Of a stretch of DNA of 32,089 nt, positions 12,576 through 25,158 are shown piece after piece; the first letter of the stretch is position 1; each line of letters begins with the position of its first letter. The stretch is from Octopus sinensis. Its lineage: Eukaryota. The notes under the pieces are model-generated. The model was not told the DNA's origin, made no database searches, and was given only the letters and a program-made list of their open reading frames with translations. Where the stretch lies: positions 1-32,089 of the forward strand of contig NW_021829645.1 of assembly GCF_006345805.1 (NCBI RefSeq). Reading direction: 5' to 3'. The position numbers were made by a program, and so were the translations under genes.

Positions 12576-12823
12576 AGCTTAATTCTTACCATATATCGTA
12601 GGAGTAAAATATGCTTTTAGGTGAGTATTTCAATAAGTTCTACGTTAGATCAAACTATCATTTCACAGACACATGTTCCACCTTTGATGAATGGCAGTGA
12701 TCACACAAGATATTAACCATATTATCTCATCAATGGAATACGGGTGTGATGTGTTGACACAATTGCAGGGATATGGAATAAAGAATGTCGTTGAAACCAT
12801 TCGCTTATTCCTCATCAGTTTCG

Positions 12824-12952
12824 TATATATGCATGTATGTATGTATGTATGTATGTATGTATGTATGTATGTATGTATGTATGTATGTATGTATGCATGC
12901 ATGCATGCATGTATGCATGCATGTATGTAAGTATGTATGTATGTATGTATAT
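12824..12952. repeat. (ATGT)n/(ATGC)n tetranucleotide repeat
   Basis: Visible tandem array. Confidence 0.95.
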
Positions 12953-12959
12953 ACCATTC

Positions 12960-13175
12960 TTTCCTCTTTTACTTGTTTCAGTAAGTTGATTACTTTGCAG
13001 CAGGAGAATCACCTTGAAGTATGTAACTCGAACGAATCGAGACCACTAACTATTCTCTTAAACCCTGGTACTTACCCTGTCGGCCGCTTATGCGAAATCG
13101 CTAACTGACGAGGAATTAAACGCACTAACATAGGTTGTGAAGAAGTAGTGAGTACAAACATAGAGACTAAGTCAC
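12960..13175 (-). mobile_element. Degenerate 3' half of the SINE family, inverted
   Basis: CTCTTTTACTTGTTTCAGT matches the family tail on the minus strand. The rest is diverged. Confidence 0.65.
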
Positions 13176-13225
13176 ACACATACTCGCACACATATGTACA
13201 TTATATGAATATATATATATTTATA

Positions 13226-13633
13226 GGCGCAGGAGTGGCTGTGTGGTAAGTAGCTTGCTTACCAACCACATGGTTCCGGGTTCAGTCCCACTGCGTGGCA
13301 TCTTGGGCAAGTGTCTTCTACTATAGCCTCGGGCCGACCAAAGCCTTGTGAGTGGATTTATTAGACGGAAACGGAAAAGAAGCGCGTCGTATATATGTAT
13401 ATATATATGCGTGTGTGTGTATGTTTGTGTGTCTGTGTTTGTCCCCCTAGCATTGCTTGACCACCGATGCTGGTGTGTTTACGTCGCTTTCAATTAGCGG
13501 TTCGGGAAAAGAGACCGATAGAATAAGTACTGGGCTTACAAAGAATAAGTCCCGGGGTCGATTTGCTTGACTAAAAGGCGGTGCTCCATCGTGGCCGCAG
13601 TCAAATGACTGAAACAAGTAAAAGAGTAAAGAG
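13226..13633 (+). mobile_element. Full-length tRNA-derived SINE (resembles the abundant octopus family, from recall)
   Basis: GGCGCAGGAGTGGCTGTGTGG head, GGTTCAGTCCC B-box-like motif, internal microsatellite, tail AAGTAAAAGAGTAAAGAG. Three other partial copies occur in the window. Confidence 0.92.
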
Positions 13634-13639
13634 TATATG

Positions 13640-13980
13640 CAAGAGTTACGACTCTACTCCATGGAGCGAAAACCGGAGAGGTATGTAGTGATATGTGTGG
13701 AAGTTACTAGGGAATCTGGTATCAAACTTTGGAATTCAGATTTATACCAGACCTCGAATTGGACATCACTGCACGGTTCCAAAAGTCCCGGCTCTCTCAT
13801 TTAATATTAGGAGAATGTACTGCAATAGTTTGGAGTTCAAGTGCTCACAGATATTTAACGCCTTGCCAACACATCTGAGGAGTGGGTGTAGATGTTTCAA
13901 GATACCACTTGACCTCTTGCTATCCAAGTGAACCAATATCAGGGCAGGAAACTCAAAAGACTGCAACGGCAGCGAACTCC
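13640..13980 (+). mobile_element. CR1-like LINE ORF2 C-terminal remnant
   Basis: Reads ELRLYSMERKPERYVVI / WKLLG..YCNSLEFKCSQIFNALPTHLR / FKIPLDLLLSK, similar to the LxLYSLERRR, (W/F)NxLP and FKxxLD C-terminal pattern of CR1-group ORF2. Confidence 0.7.
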
Positions 13981-14053
13981 GGTCAATCCCATAAACTCGG
14001 CCAGTCGAATAAAAGAATGAAGGTTTGAAAATGCAATTTTAAAAGATGTTTAT

Positions 14054-14099
14054 TTACTTGACCGGTTTCACTCTCTTAGAAAAAGATTGTCAAAAGTAA
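14054..14099 (-). ncRNA. Minimal type I hammerhead-like motif (U3-A8 core variant)
   Basis: Minus strand TTACTT-TTGACAA-TCTTTTTCTAAGAGAGT-GAAA-CCGG-TC-AAGTAA. Perfect 6-bp stem I, palindromic ACCGGT stem III, GUC cleavage triplet, weak stem II. Confidence 0.6.
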
Positions 14100-14635
14100 C
14101 ATGTAAAAGCTTTGTTGTGTTAGGTACTGGTTGTCTACAATACATACACACATTCTTTGATAATAATATGAACATTTAGGTAGTATATAAATGTACAATG
14201 AGGGAGATATATTTAGTTTGAACTGAACTGATTCACCATATTATTGTAAAAGCTTTTACGATAATATGGTGAATCAGGTCAGTTCAAACTAAACATATCT
14301 CCCTCATTGTACATTTATATACTACCAAAATGTAACCTTTTTGAACTTATAATTTTCTGTGTGTATATATACAGATACAATACCAATTTTCCTCTGAACT
14401 TTTTAATAATTCTTTCTGTAAACTGTTTTAACATTCTCTCTTTATTATCAAATAATGCATATATGTATTGTAATATTTTGTACCCAATACTTTAATGAAG
14501 TTGTCAAATTTCTTTTATATTTTCCCAAGATGTTCATATTCAAGATTAACATATTCTTATTATTATTAAAGAGAGTATATATGTATTGTAATACTTTGTG
14601 ACAACCAGTACCTAACACAACAAAGCGTTTACATG

Positions 14636-14680
14636 TTGCTTTTGACAATTCTTTTTAAATAAGTGAAACCGGTCAAGTAA
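14636..14680 (+). ncRNA. Minimal type I hammerhead-like motif (U3-A8 core variant)
   Basis: TTGCTT-TTGACAA-TTCTTTTTAAATAAGT-GAAA-CCGG-TC-AAGTAA. Confidence 0.55.
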
Positions 14681-14939
14681 ATACATATTTTTTAACATTG
14701 CATTTTCAAACCTTCTTTCATATATAATTCCACTCGTGGGGTACCTTACAACTCGAAACATTACTCTACGACAGTGGGTCGTACGTAATGTTTCGAGTGT
14801 ATGGGCGCACGAATAAATCACAGCTTAATAAAGAGCAAGTTCATCATATTTTTCCGACATCCTCGGTATTGTACATTGGGAGATTATTCAGGGAGGACGT
14901 TTGGGGAAAATGACCGGATCTGGATTCGCGAAGTATTGA

Positions 14940-15240
14940 ATTTTTCACGACAAAAATGCACCTATCACCTCACTCGTAAGTTTCTTGCCAAAAACAACAT
15001 GCAACTGCGTCCACATCAGCCCTATTCGCCAGATTTACCACCTGCTGACATGCATCCGTTTCTCAAGATGAAAAATCAGCTCAGAGGTCGAGATTAAGAG
15101 CAAACTTATCATCATTGTCGAAGTCAAGAGGTCCTCGACTCGCCTATGGAAACTAAGTCCAGGCCGGATTTCGGAAAGTGTCAGAAAAGCTGGGGCAGTT
15201 GTATTATTGCTTAGGTAAAATGAGTTACTTTTATTAAACA
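14940..15240 (+). pseudogene. Tc1/mariner transposase C-terminal remnant (copy B)
   Basis: FHDKNAP, then KFLAKNNMQLRPHQPYSPDLPPADMHPFLKMKNQLRG. Further downstream FRKVSEK/SWGSCIIA resembles the RWxKCI end of mariner transposases. Confidence 0.85.
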
Positions 15241-15662
15241 TGGCTCCTTCAGTAACTTTATATATACGACGGGTTTCCTTCAGTTACCGTGTACCCAAGT
15301 AACTAACATACACGGGTTTGTTCGGTTGGAAAGCAGAGTACACGCAGAAGGACTGAATACAGAAGCAAAATTCCAATCACACAGCCATGCCAACGCCTAA
15401 GCGTATGCACACACAACCACCACACACACACATACAAAATACACACACACACGTATGACGGAAATGGAAAATGGATTTTACGTGATACATTAATCATTAC
15501 TGCTGTTTCAACCCGTCTTCAATCGGCCCCTCAGGGATGAGATAATGGTCGATTGGCCGCGGTGCATCTTTCTTTGCAGATGTTTCTCATCAGTTGACAT
15601 TTCAAAAAGTTCTCTGCTCAATAAACTCGGTTTCACTTGGTTCGATTATAATGTATTTCGTT

Positions 15663-15721
<59 letters not shown>

Positions 15722-15730
15722 TAATAATAA

Positions 15731-16904
<1,174 letters not shown>

Positions 16905-17742
16905 TTTAGTACGAATAAGATGAAGAAGAAGAAGAACAAGAAGAAGAAAACAAGAAGAAGACTAAGAAGAAGAAAAGGAAATAGTAGAAGGTGAAGAAGA
17001 AAAACAAAAACAAAGAAAACAAAAACAATAATAACAACGAAGAAGTCGGTGATGAAGAAAAAGTAATATAAGTAGCAAGAAAACAAACAAGATGGACAAG
17101 CAAAACAATAACAAGAACATTTGGGAATGAGGATAGAAATGATAATAAAAATATATCAACATAAGTAAAATTATCAGACATACACACAGACACAAACGTA
17201 CGAGGGACACACCAAACATTCTTTTATGTTGTGGACGACTAGCTACATTAACATCCTTCCTAAAGAAATTGAAACTGAATATGCAGCCATCACACTGCAC
17301 AGTTTGGCCAAATTGCCCCAGCTGTAGCTCACTGTACAAATAGAAAATGACGACTACCAACTTCAGCACGTCATGTAATTGTAGAGTTTAAAATAACTCA
17401 TGTTATTGAATCAGTATCTCAAAAGAGTGAGGATGAATATATTTCTATACTTTCTTTCCTTGAAGTGAGTATAACTCTGCATAAATATATATTTCATAAT
17501 ATACCCACCTATAGACACAAATGCAAACATAGATATTCACGTGACAATCGTACACTCATACACAAAATGTTAGACATTTATGCAGACACAAATACTCATA
17601 GACACATTCATACACACTCTTACATGAAAATAGTAGCAGAACATTAGTTAGAGATAGAGAGAGAAAAAGGAAGATGAGAAGACATCACGTTTCCAGGAAA
17701 ATTTCGTAAATGAAATAATATCAAAGAACTTTAGCAACTTAC

Positions 17743-17814
17743 ATTGTCTGTAACCTTGGAAGATTTTGAAAGGATTCTTTTATGATGGTTGTGATCTGAT
17801 TGTACCTGAGATCT
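17743..17814 (-). CDS. Internal 72-bp exon encoding one leucine-rich repeat of an unidentified host LRR protein
   Basis: Minus strand TGTGTTTTATGTTTCAG|AGAT...ACAAT|GTAAGT. Exactly 72 nt, phase 2 at both ends. Translation (x)DLRYNQITTIIKESFQNLPRLQT(I) fits LxLxxNxIxxIxxxxFxxLxxLxxL. Confidence 0.88.
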
Positions 17815-17909
17815 CTGAAACATAAAACACAGTTCAAAAGAATGAGTATTAAAAAGATTTCTTATAAAATATTAAATCTTGTATCTTTGGAATCATATTA
17901 ATAAAAAGA

Positions 17910-18254
17910 GGACGATGATGAAGAAAATGGCCGAGATGATGTTGATGATGATGATGAGAAGGAGGATTGCGATGTTGATTGTAAATGTTGTAATAATGAC
18001 GGTGAGAAGGAAAAGGGCGATAATGATGATGATTATTATCGAAAAGGATGACAAACGCTACCGATTAATTGGTGATGACGACGTTGATTATTATGATGTC
18101 TATAACGAAGGTGATGGTGATTCTGCATGCTAGAAATAGCAGAGTAAATGAGGAAAGGAAATAGTTATGATGACATGATAAATTATAACGATTAGTGAAT
18201 ACGAAAATATGATTAGCAGAAGGACTATGAATATGATAGCGCTGAAGATGATAC

Positions 18255-18286
<32 letters not shown>

Positions 18287-18520
18287 ATGATGACGACGAT
18301 GATGGTGACGATGACGATGGTGACGATCGTGACAACGATGATGATGATGAAAGATGTGATGAAAAATCAGAAATTGATAAGTTTAACGAAAAAGTGAAGG
18401 AAAATAAATGATTGAACGGATAAATATAGAGAAGAAGAAGAAGAAGAAGAAGAAGCGAAAATGATTCATGAAGAGAGGAGAAAGCAGTTGAAAAAATTAA
18501 AAGCAGAAGAACCAGAATAT
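17910..18520. repeat. (GAT)n/(GAA)n-rich low-complexity region
   Basis: Degenerate trinucleotide tracts that give rise to the poly-M, poly-S and poly-L ORFs. Confidence 0.85.
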
Positions 18521-18695
18521 GATGAACAAGATGAATGTAGAGAAAAAGTTGTGATGAAGACGATAAATGCAGGAAAAGAAGATATATTAAGACAAGAAAA
18601 ATAACGTGGAATATCAGAATGGGGAAACAAGTGGGAATAAAGGAATATAAATACAAAAACTATAGTCACACATCAAACAAACGCAAACATATATG

Positions 18696-18753
<58 letters not shown>

Positions 18754-18819
18754 ATACACGTTTATGTATTTGTTTTGCAAGAATTTTGATGTGAAATCGT
18801 GTGTTGAAACATATATTTC

Positions 18820-19287
18820 TTGTATTTAGGAATGGTCATTTTGCCAGTTTAGCCAATAAAAAACACACGCACTATATATTTGGTGTTACTTTGCTTCAGC
18901 GTTATTTATTTTTCACATCAATCTTACTCTTATTTCGGCCAGAGATCTTTCGTCACGCTCCTGTGACCTCGTCAGTGGTTCATTGCTTTCTTCATTTATA
19001 TTTGTGTGTCTCTTCTTACTAACGGTCAGCCATTTTGTATTTTGTATTTCTATTGTATATGTCTTCATTTGCGCCTGTGTATACCTCTATATGTGTCTAT
19101 ATTTAGTTAAAGTGTGTGTGTCTGTGGGAGGGAGTGCCTGTAATATTTGTATCTCCTGTTTATATACGTTCGAAAGAAGATTAAGATTAATGTCAAAAAT
19201 AAATAACGCTGAATCAAAGTAACACCAAATATATAGTGCGTGAGGTTTTATTGGCTAAACTGGCAAAATGACCATTCCTAAATACAA
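18820..19287. mobile_element. Non-coding element with about 117-bp terminal inverted repeats and an internal hammerhead (Penelope-like pLTR relic inferred)
   Basis: 18820-18937 (TTGTATTTAGGAATGGTCATTTTGCCAGTTTAGCCAATAAAA...) is the inverted counterpart of 19171-19287. The HHR lies immediately inside the left arm. Flanked by (TA)/(TG) tracts. Confidence 0.8.
18939..18978 (-). ncRNA. Minimal type I hammerhead ribozyme, canonical core
   Basis: Minus strand CCA-CTGACGA-G-GTCAC-aggagc-GTGAC-GAAA-GATC-TC-TGG. CUGANGA and GAAA cores, 5-bp stem II, palindromic AGATCT stem III, CUC cleavage triplet, stem I CCA/TGG. Confidence 0.82.
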
Positions 19288-19632
19288 CAACAATATATAT
19301 ATATATGTGTGTGTGTGTATGTGTGTGTGTGTGTGTGTGCGAGTGTGTACATACACACATCCACCTATATATACCTTATCAAACCCTGATGTATGAACGC
19401 ACACACTCACTTCCAGCCCTCACATATATTCCCACTTTCTTACACACAGGCAAATACAAGTTGCAAGACAATATGAATTGTAGAAGAATGAGGGTGAATA
19501 AAGAAGATAAGAGAGACATTTAGTTTGTGGAAATGACATTGGATGACATATCGTGATCTTATTATGAAGAAGATGACTAACATAAGAGAAAGTTGATGAT
19601 GAAGAATAGGCCGAAAAAGGAAACAACGATGA

Positions 19633-19718
<86 letters not shown>

Positions 19719-19800
19719 AAGAATAAGAATAAGAAGAAGAATATGATGATGATGATGAAGTTGATGATAATGATGATTAGCAACAACAATAGCAACAACA
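19633..19800. repeat. Compound (CAG)n(TAG)n(GAT)n(CAA)n microsatellite
   Basis: Visible tandem tracts. Confidence 0.95.
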
Positions 19801-20149
19801 TTAAAACAACAATAAGAGAAGTGGCAGAAAATGTAGGAGATGAAGAAAAGAATGATGTAAAAAATAAAGGAGGAAACGAAGGAGTCTGTCATGAAGAAAA
19901 CTTAAATATAATATTTCTGATCTGATAATAATTCTGCTTGTCATTATGTTATTAGTCCGTCGGTAACGCTTTCTCGTGGATAAAGAAACGAGAGGAAAGA
20001 GAAATGTCCATGACCTGGTAGAAGGAACGTGACTGTAATGCTTTCACGTGATTAGTTGAATGGAAGAGAGACCAAGAGAAAGAAAAAGGAATGAGAAAAC
20101 GAAAGTAAGTCGAAGAGTGGGGCAGAAAGAGAGGGAGAGGGAGAAAAGG

Positions 20150-20480
20150 GGAGAGAGAAAAACGAGGGAGGAAAAGAGGAAGAGGAAGACATGTGGTAGG
20201 GGGAACGTAATATTTATTACGTGATGAAAAGTTAGTTGAAGGTCGTGATATTGAGGAGGTTACGAATATAATTTTAGCAGAACGGTGATGTTCTGATGCG
20301 AGATTAAAATAAGGCAGTAATAAAGGTTGATATAACTGAGAAAATGAGAGAAAGGGGGTGAGAGACGGTGGTAGTGGTGGTAGTGGTTGTGGTTGAAATG
20401 GTGATGGTAAGTGCATAATGCAATTAACTTATGAATTGAACTAAATATTTATATCCCCTATCACTTAACACATGCTCATA
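20150..20480 (+). repeat. Older diverged duplicate of 3300-3650
   Basis: Same shared blocks, in the same order, as listed for 3300-3650. Confidence 0.8.
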
Positions 20481-20526
20481 AATATTCACACTTATTTACA
20501 TATTCATATGTACGCCGCATATATAT

Positions 20527-21542
20527 ATATATATTACAATTAAGAATATATACGTTATAATTAAAATATATATATTTCAATTAAAATAAAGGTGGACCCA
20601 GTAAATTCCATCTCTCATACAAGACCCGATTATGTTGTTACTGCTTCTCATACATTCTGCCGTTGGTTGTGCTTCCGCTATGGGGGAGATAGAAATTCGC
20701 AGTTTACGGTTATTTGGTCCCGTTTCCAAGCTGTGCTTATGTAATAAGCAAATTACAAAACTTGACTGAACAATGGATAAAGGAGATTAGAAGCTACTTT
20801 CGAGAGGGTTAGGCACTACAGGCAGCGGATAAGAGAAGAACAGCGGTAAGAAACCAGAGAAAGGGACAAATGGTACCAACAGATGAGACGATCTGCAATA
20901 GATGAAGAGCAACGCAAGGCACAATTGTAGTGAGAGAGAATGCGAGACCAAGGTAGAAGACAGGATGAGGAAGAACAAACACAGTACAAGGAACAACAAA
21001 GATTGATATTTCTGCGGAGAATGGAAAACATGAATGATATGCAGTGTGCGCAGTATCAAGACCAACAGAAAAATGTTATGTAACAGAGAGGGGAGAATAT
21101 GGATGATTTGGAAAGGGCTGCTTGTCTCCAAGGTCAAACAGAGAGACATCAAGATGGAGTTGCAAGTATGAATGCTGAACAGGTGTTACCTTGTTCGAGA
21201 TAAACAGGTGAAACGAAAGCGTGAAGGAAGACATGGACTACCACTGAACAGACACAATAATCCTAAACGAACCTATCGTATTGGTGATATGTACTTATAT
21301 TGCGAGTATTGTGGAGCACTGAACTTTAAATATGAAAACTTCATGTTCTGTCACAATAATAAAGTGAACTTTCATTCGCTGCAACTAAGCCCTCAGACAT
21401 TGAAGCGTTTGTCTGAGAAAATTACCAAGAGTCTGCTTCTTTTCGAAAAAAACATCAGCAATTACAACTGCATATCTTCCTTTACGTCATTTGTTGTGAA
21501 ACTCTCTGTGCCACAAGGAAGAGGTCTACATTGTTTCTGTAT
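20527..21542 (+). mobile_element. Helitron, 5' part (decayed RepHel N-terminus)
   Basis: CEYCGALNFKYE..FCHNNKV zinc-finger-like motif, NISNYNCISSFTSF and GRGLHCFCI. The frame continues after the Gypsy insertion. The 5' boundary is uncertain and was placed at three tandem approximately 20-bp TATATA..AATTAA(G/A)A units. Confidence 0.75.
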
Positions 21543-21748
21543 TGTGGAAGGATTCCGACCACCTTCCAATTGACTAATCGCGAACTGACACATTCCTATT
21601 AAATAGACAACTGTCGAGTCTTCATCAATTAATTGGTAAATAGTTCACTGTGAGCCATTGACAGAGAGCGGTGGGTAATCGATTCGCGTCGTGTAAACAA
21701 TTCCTTTCCCCTGATCTTTAATCATATGTTCCAAATCAGGGAATAAAA
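21543..21748 (+). repeat. Gypsy 5' LTR
   Basis: Starts TGTGGAAGGATTC. Shares CTGACACATT, AACTGTC.AGTC, CAGAGAGCG and GCGTCGTGTAAACA with 25159-25380. Confidence 0.85.
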
Positions 21749-24700
21749 GTGGCGAGAGTTCTTCGAAGTTTGCGTGGGACATTTAAATTTGTTTGGGATG
21801 GGTATGAACCAAAAAAAAAATCGTTTAAGATAGAAGGCATATTGGCGTCTGTGGTGCAGTTGCACAACAACAATAGTAACAACAACAAGAGCAACTACAA
21901 CAGCAACAACAAAACCAATAGTTGCTGGAACTAATGTTAAAGAAGTATAAAAAATACTTCAGGCGTGAACTTGCCAGACAGCGTGGCAATCTCTATTGAA
22001 GAATTCAGTTATAATCCAGAGGAAGGGATTACCTTCTCTGAATATTTTCGAAGATACGAAGAAATTCTCAAACAAGAATTTAAAAATTGATCTGAGGGGA
22101 AATATAGTACGACTACTTGTAAGAAAGGTATCCCTTGCCGAATACAAAAAATATAGTAATTATATTCTGCCGAAGAAGTCAGGTGAGATTTGTTACAATA
22201 AAAACTATTAACATTTTATCAAATGATTTAGAACTGGACGAAAATTAACTCTTCAGACAGAAGCAGAAGAATGCCAGGAAAGACGACGCAGAAAAAGAAA
22301 TGAAGAAAAAAAACGATGCACAAAACGAAATTGAAGAAAAAGATTGCTCTCATATTCCAGTGTCTCCACCGTCACGGATAAGAAATAAGAGAAACAAATG
22401 TGAAGATCGAATCCATGTTGTGGGTGCGGTGGTCAACATTTAAAAAGTATTTGTCCGTTTCAAAATATTAAAGGCGTCAAATGAGGTAAGAGAGATCATA
22501 AAAATTCACACTATAGAACAAACCTGGAAGACCAAAAGACGAACAGCCTCAAGGTGAATTTGTGGACGTAAAGTTGCAACTAGTTAAGGGCAGTGATATC
22601 TCGATAATTAACACAGATAAATAGAAAAGAAACAGAAGACCTAGATTAAAAGACATTTCGAAAATTGCAGGTGGTGTTTCAGGAAAATAATTACATTTTA
22701 ATGGCGTAATAATAAATCACGTTCCATTTCGTGGAAAAACCTTAGAAACCAAAGATTTTGTGTTGAATAATATCCCAAACTTATTCGGAACACTGAATAG
22801 AATTGTTTACCTTATGGGAACTCCCCTAAATCTTTTCAGTAAAAATGTGAATGGTTTTCTTGCCAATACAAATGAATCGTCAGACGATATGTAAAAATAA
22901 ATTTAAAAGATTTTTCCTGAAGTTCTCTCTGATAAATTAGATCTCAGCATCACAAAGAAAACGAAGTTCCAAGTAAAAGTAAATGCCAAACCTGTATTTA
23001 AATATAAACGAACTGTAACTTTTGCATCGTTGGAACAGATAAGCTTTTGCATCGTTAGAAACAAATAAACAAAATCAGAGTGTATGCTGATTTTTTCCAC
23101 TGGTTTAAATGAGTGTCTTAAAACGTTCCACTATCCGCTACCTACCCTGGGGGATATATTTGCAAAATTAGACGGTGGCAAGATATTTTCTTAATTGGAT
23201 CTCTCTGACGCGTACCTACATATTAGAGTAGACGTGAATGCTATAAATACCTAAACATTAACGCACATATATATATACAACAGGTTACTGTCTGCCCTTA
23301 TGTCACGCCGGCGATTTTTCAAAATATTATGGTTGCAGTGTTAGCGGATAGTGAATTTGCATTTTCATATCCGGATGATATACTCATTAAAAGCGAATCA
23401 CAGGATCAACATGTAGAGCACGTAATATATATGTTCGAAAAATTTAGGGATTAAATTGAAAAAGAAAGCGTGAATTATCTTCTTACCGAAAATAAAATTG
23501 GACAAACAATTGAAAGAAATGGCCGAGGACCAGATACGTTGAGGGCAAACGCAATTAAATACATGACCCTCCGACAAATATGACGGCCTTACATGATTGC
23601 TTTGGAGACAGGCAAATTATGACCAAAATTATATTCTAAATATGCATAGGGTAAGTGTTACAGTAGATTATGTATTTAAAAAATGTCAATTGAAATTGCT
23701 CTGAAAATTTCAAAGGGAATTCGACGAAATTTTAAAATATTAACATCTGATTTGTTGTTAGCACGCTTCGATCCTGTAGTGGAGAATTTTGTAACTTCAG
23801 ATGCCTCTGAATACTGTATCGGCGCAGTAATGCTACATAAATAAAAAGATGGTAACATGAAGGCGGTGGTTCTTGATATCAGCAGAAAAAAATTACAGCC
23901 AAATCAAAAAAGAGGCTCTTGTAATTATTTTTGCCGTAAAAAATTGCATAGATTTTACACAGCAGAAGTTTTTGAATACAGACAGATCATCGTCCGTTAT
24001 TATCAGTATATGAGTAACAGAAATAAATATCTAGCCGTACTGCTAATAGGCTGCAACGCTGGGGTACTGTATTATTAAACTATGAATTTAAGATAGAGTA
24101 TATACCATCTAAAAGATTAGGACACGCTAATTGTTTATCAAGACCGATTTCAGAAAATGCTGAAGCATTTGAAGATACCGTGATTGCTAACTTGCGAGCG
24201 GAAAATGAAATTAAAATCAAACTGTATAACTCCATGCGTGAACTGCTATTTACGTTACAGGACATAAAATTACAATTGGGAAACGATAAAATTCATTACA
24301 AAATGAAAGAAATGCAGAAGGGTAAAAGAGATAAAAGATATTCGAGCCTATCACAAGGTATGACAATGTGCTGATGTATGCCAAAAGAGTCGTAGTGCCA
24401 GCCACACTACAAAAGCAATTACTAAAGGAATTTCATATTGAGTCAAAGGGATTTCGATAATGAAATCGTTAATGAGAAGTTAAGTATACTGGCCAACAAC
24501 GGACTGTAAGATTGAAGACAGTGATAGTATGCAATACGCTGTTCTCTAGCTCCAAATACACCCGTCACAAAATGGCACCCGTGGCTAAAATCACTTAAGG
24601 TTTCATATCACTTCATTGTGGGGGATTGTTTTTCAACGTGGTCTGAGGTGCATAAATGTAGAAAGCCGACATCTCTGGTTACAGAGATATTTGATGTCTG

Positions 24701-25158
24701 TTAGATAGATCAGATCCATCTTTGATCAGCCGATACCGAGTGAAAATATAAAAATGGAATAATTCAAAATTCTTCAAGCTAGGTGACAAACTATATTAGA
24801 GACCTATACATATATTAAACAAGGCTGGGAGGATGGTACAATTGTTAAATAAATTGCAAGAATGATATTCCTGGTAAAAGGTAAAATAAATATCGAACAT
24901 AAAAGACTTATTAACCAACTTAAAACCTGATTCAAGGAAAAATCAGTCAAAGGAAGTGAATTTCTCATGAAAGTATTGCACGACACGTTTGAGGTACCAA
25001 CACAGAAACAATTTAAAATTACACGTTCTAGCACCAGAAAACGAAACGAATGGAAACACAAGAATTGAGCCCTAACCATAAGAGATACTAAAACTCTGAG
25101 CGACTTTAATTCTCAACTGGAGAATTTAGGGGAGACTAATTCTATAAAGAGGATATGC

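Larger units (their letters stand above)
14019..14715. mobile_element. Foldback non-coding element with hammerhead-like motifs on both arms, copy B; Penelope-like inverted pLTR structure inferred
   Basis: Inner spacerless palindrome 14179-14326 (74-bp arms, 3 mismatches, centre AAAAG|CTTTT). Outer arms GAAGGTTTGAAAATGCAAT (14019) and ATTGCATTTTCAAACCTTC (to 14715). The right arm carries extra internally duplicated sequence. Confidence 0.7.

Noticed and set aside
13226-13300. tRNA gene
   Set aside because: The tRNA-like boxes are the head of a multi-copy SINE, and no complete cloverleaf is evident.
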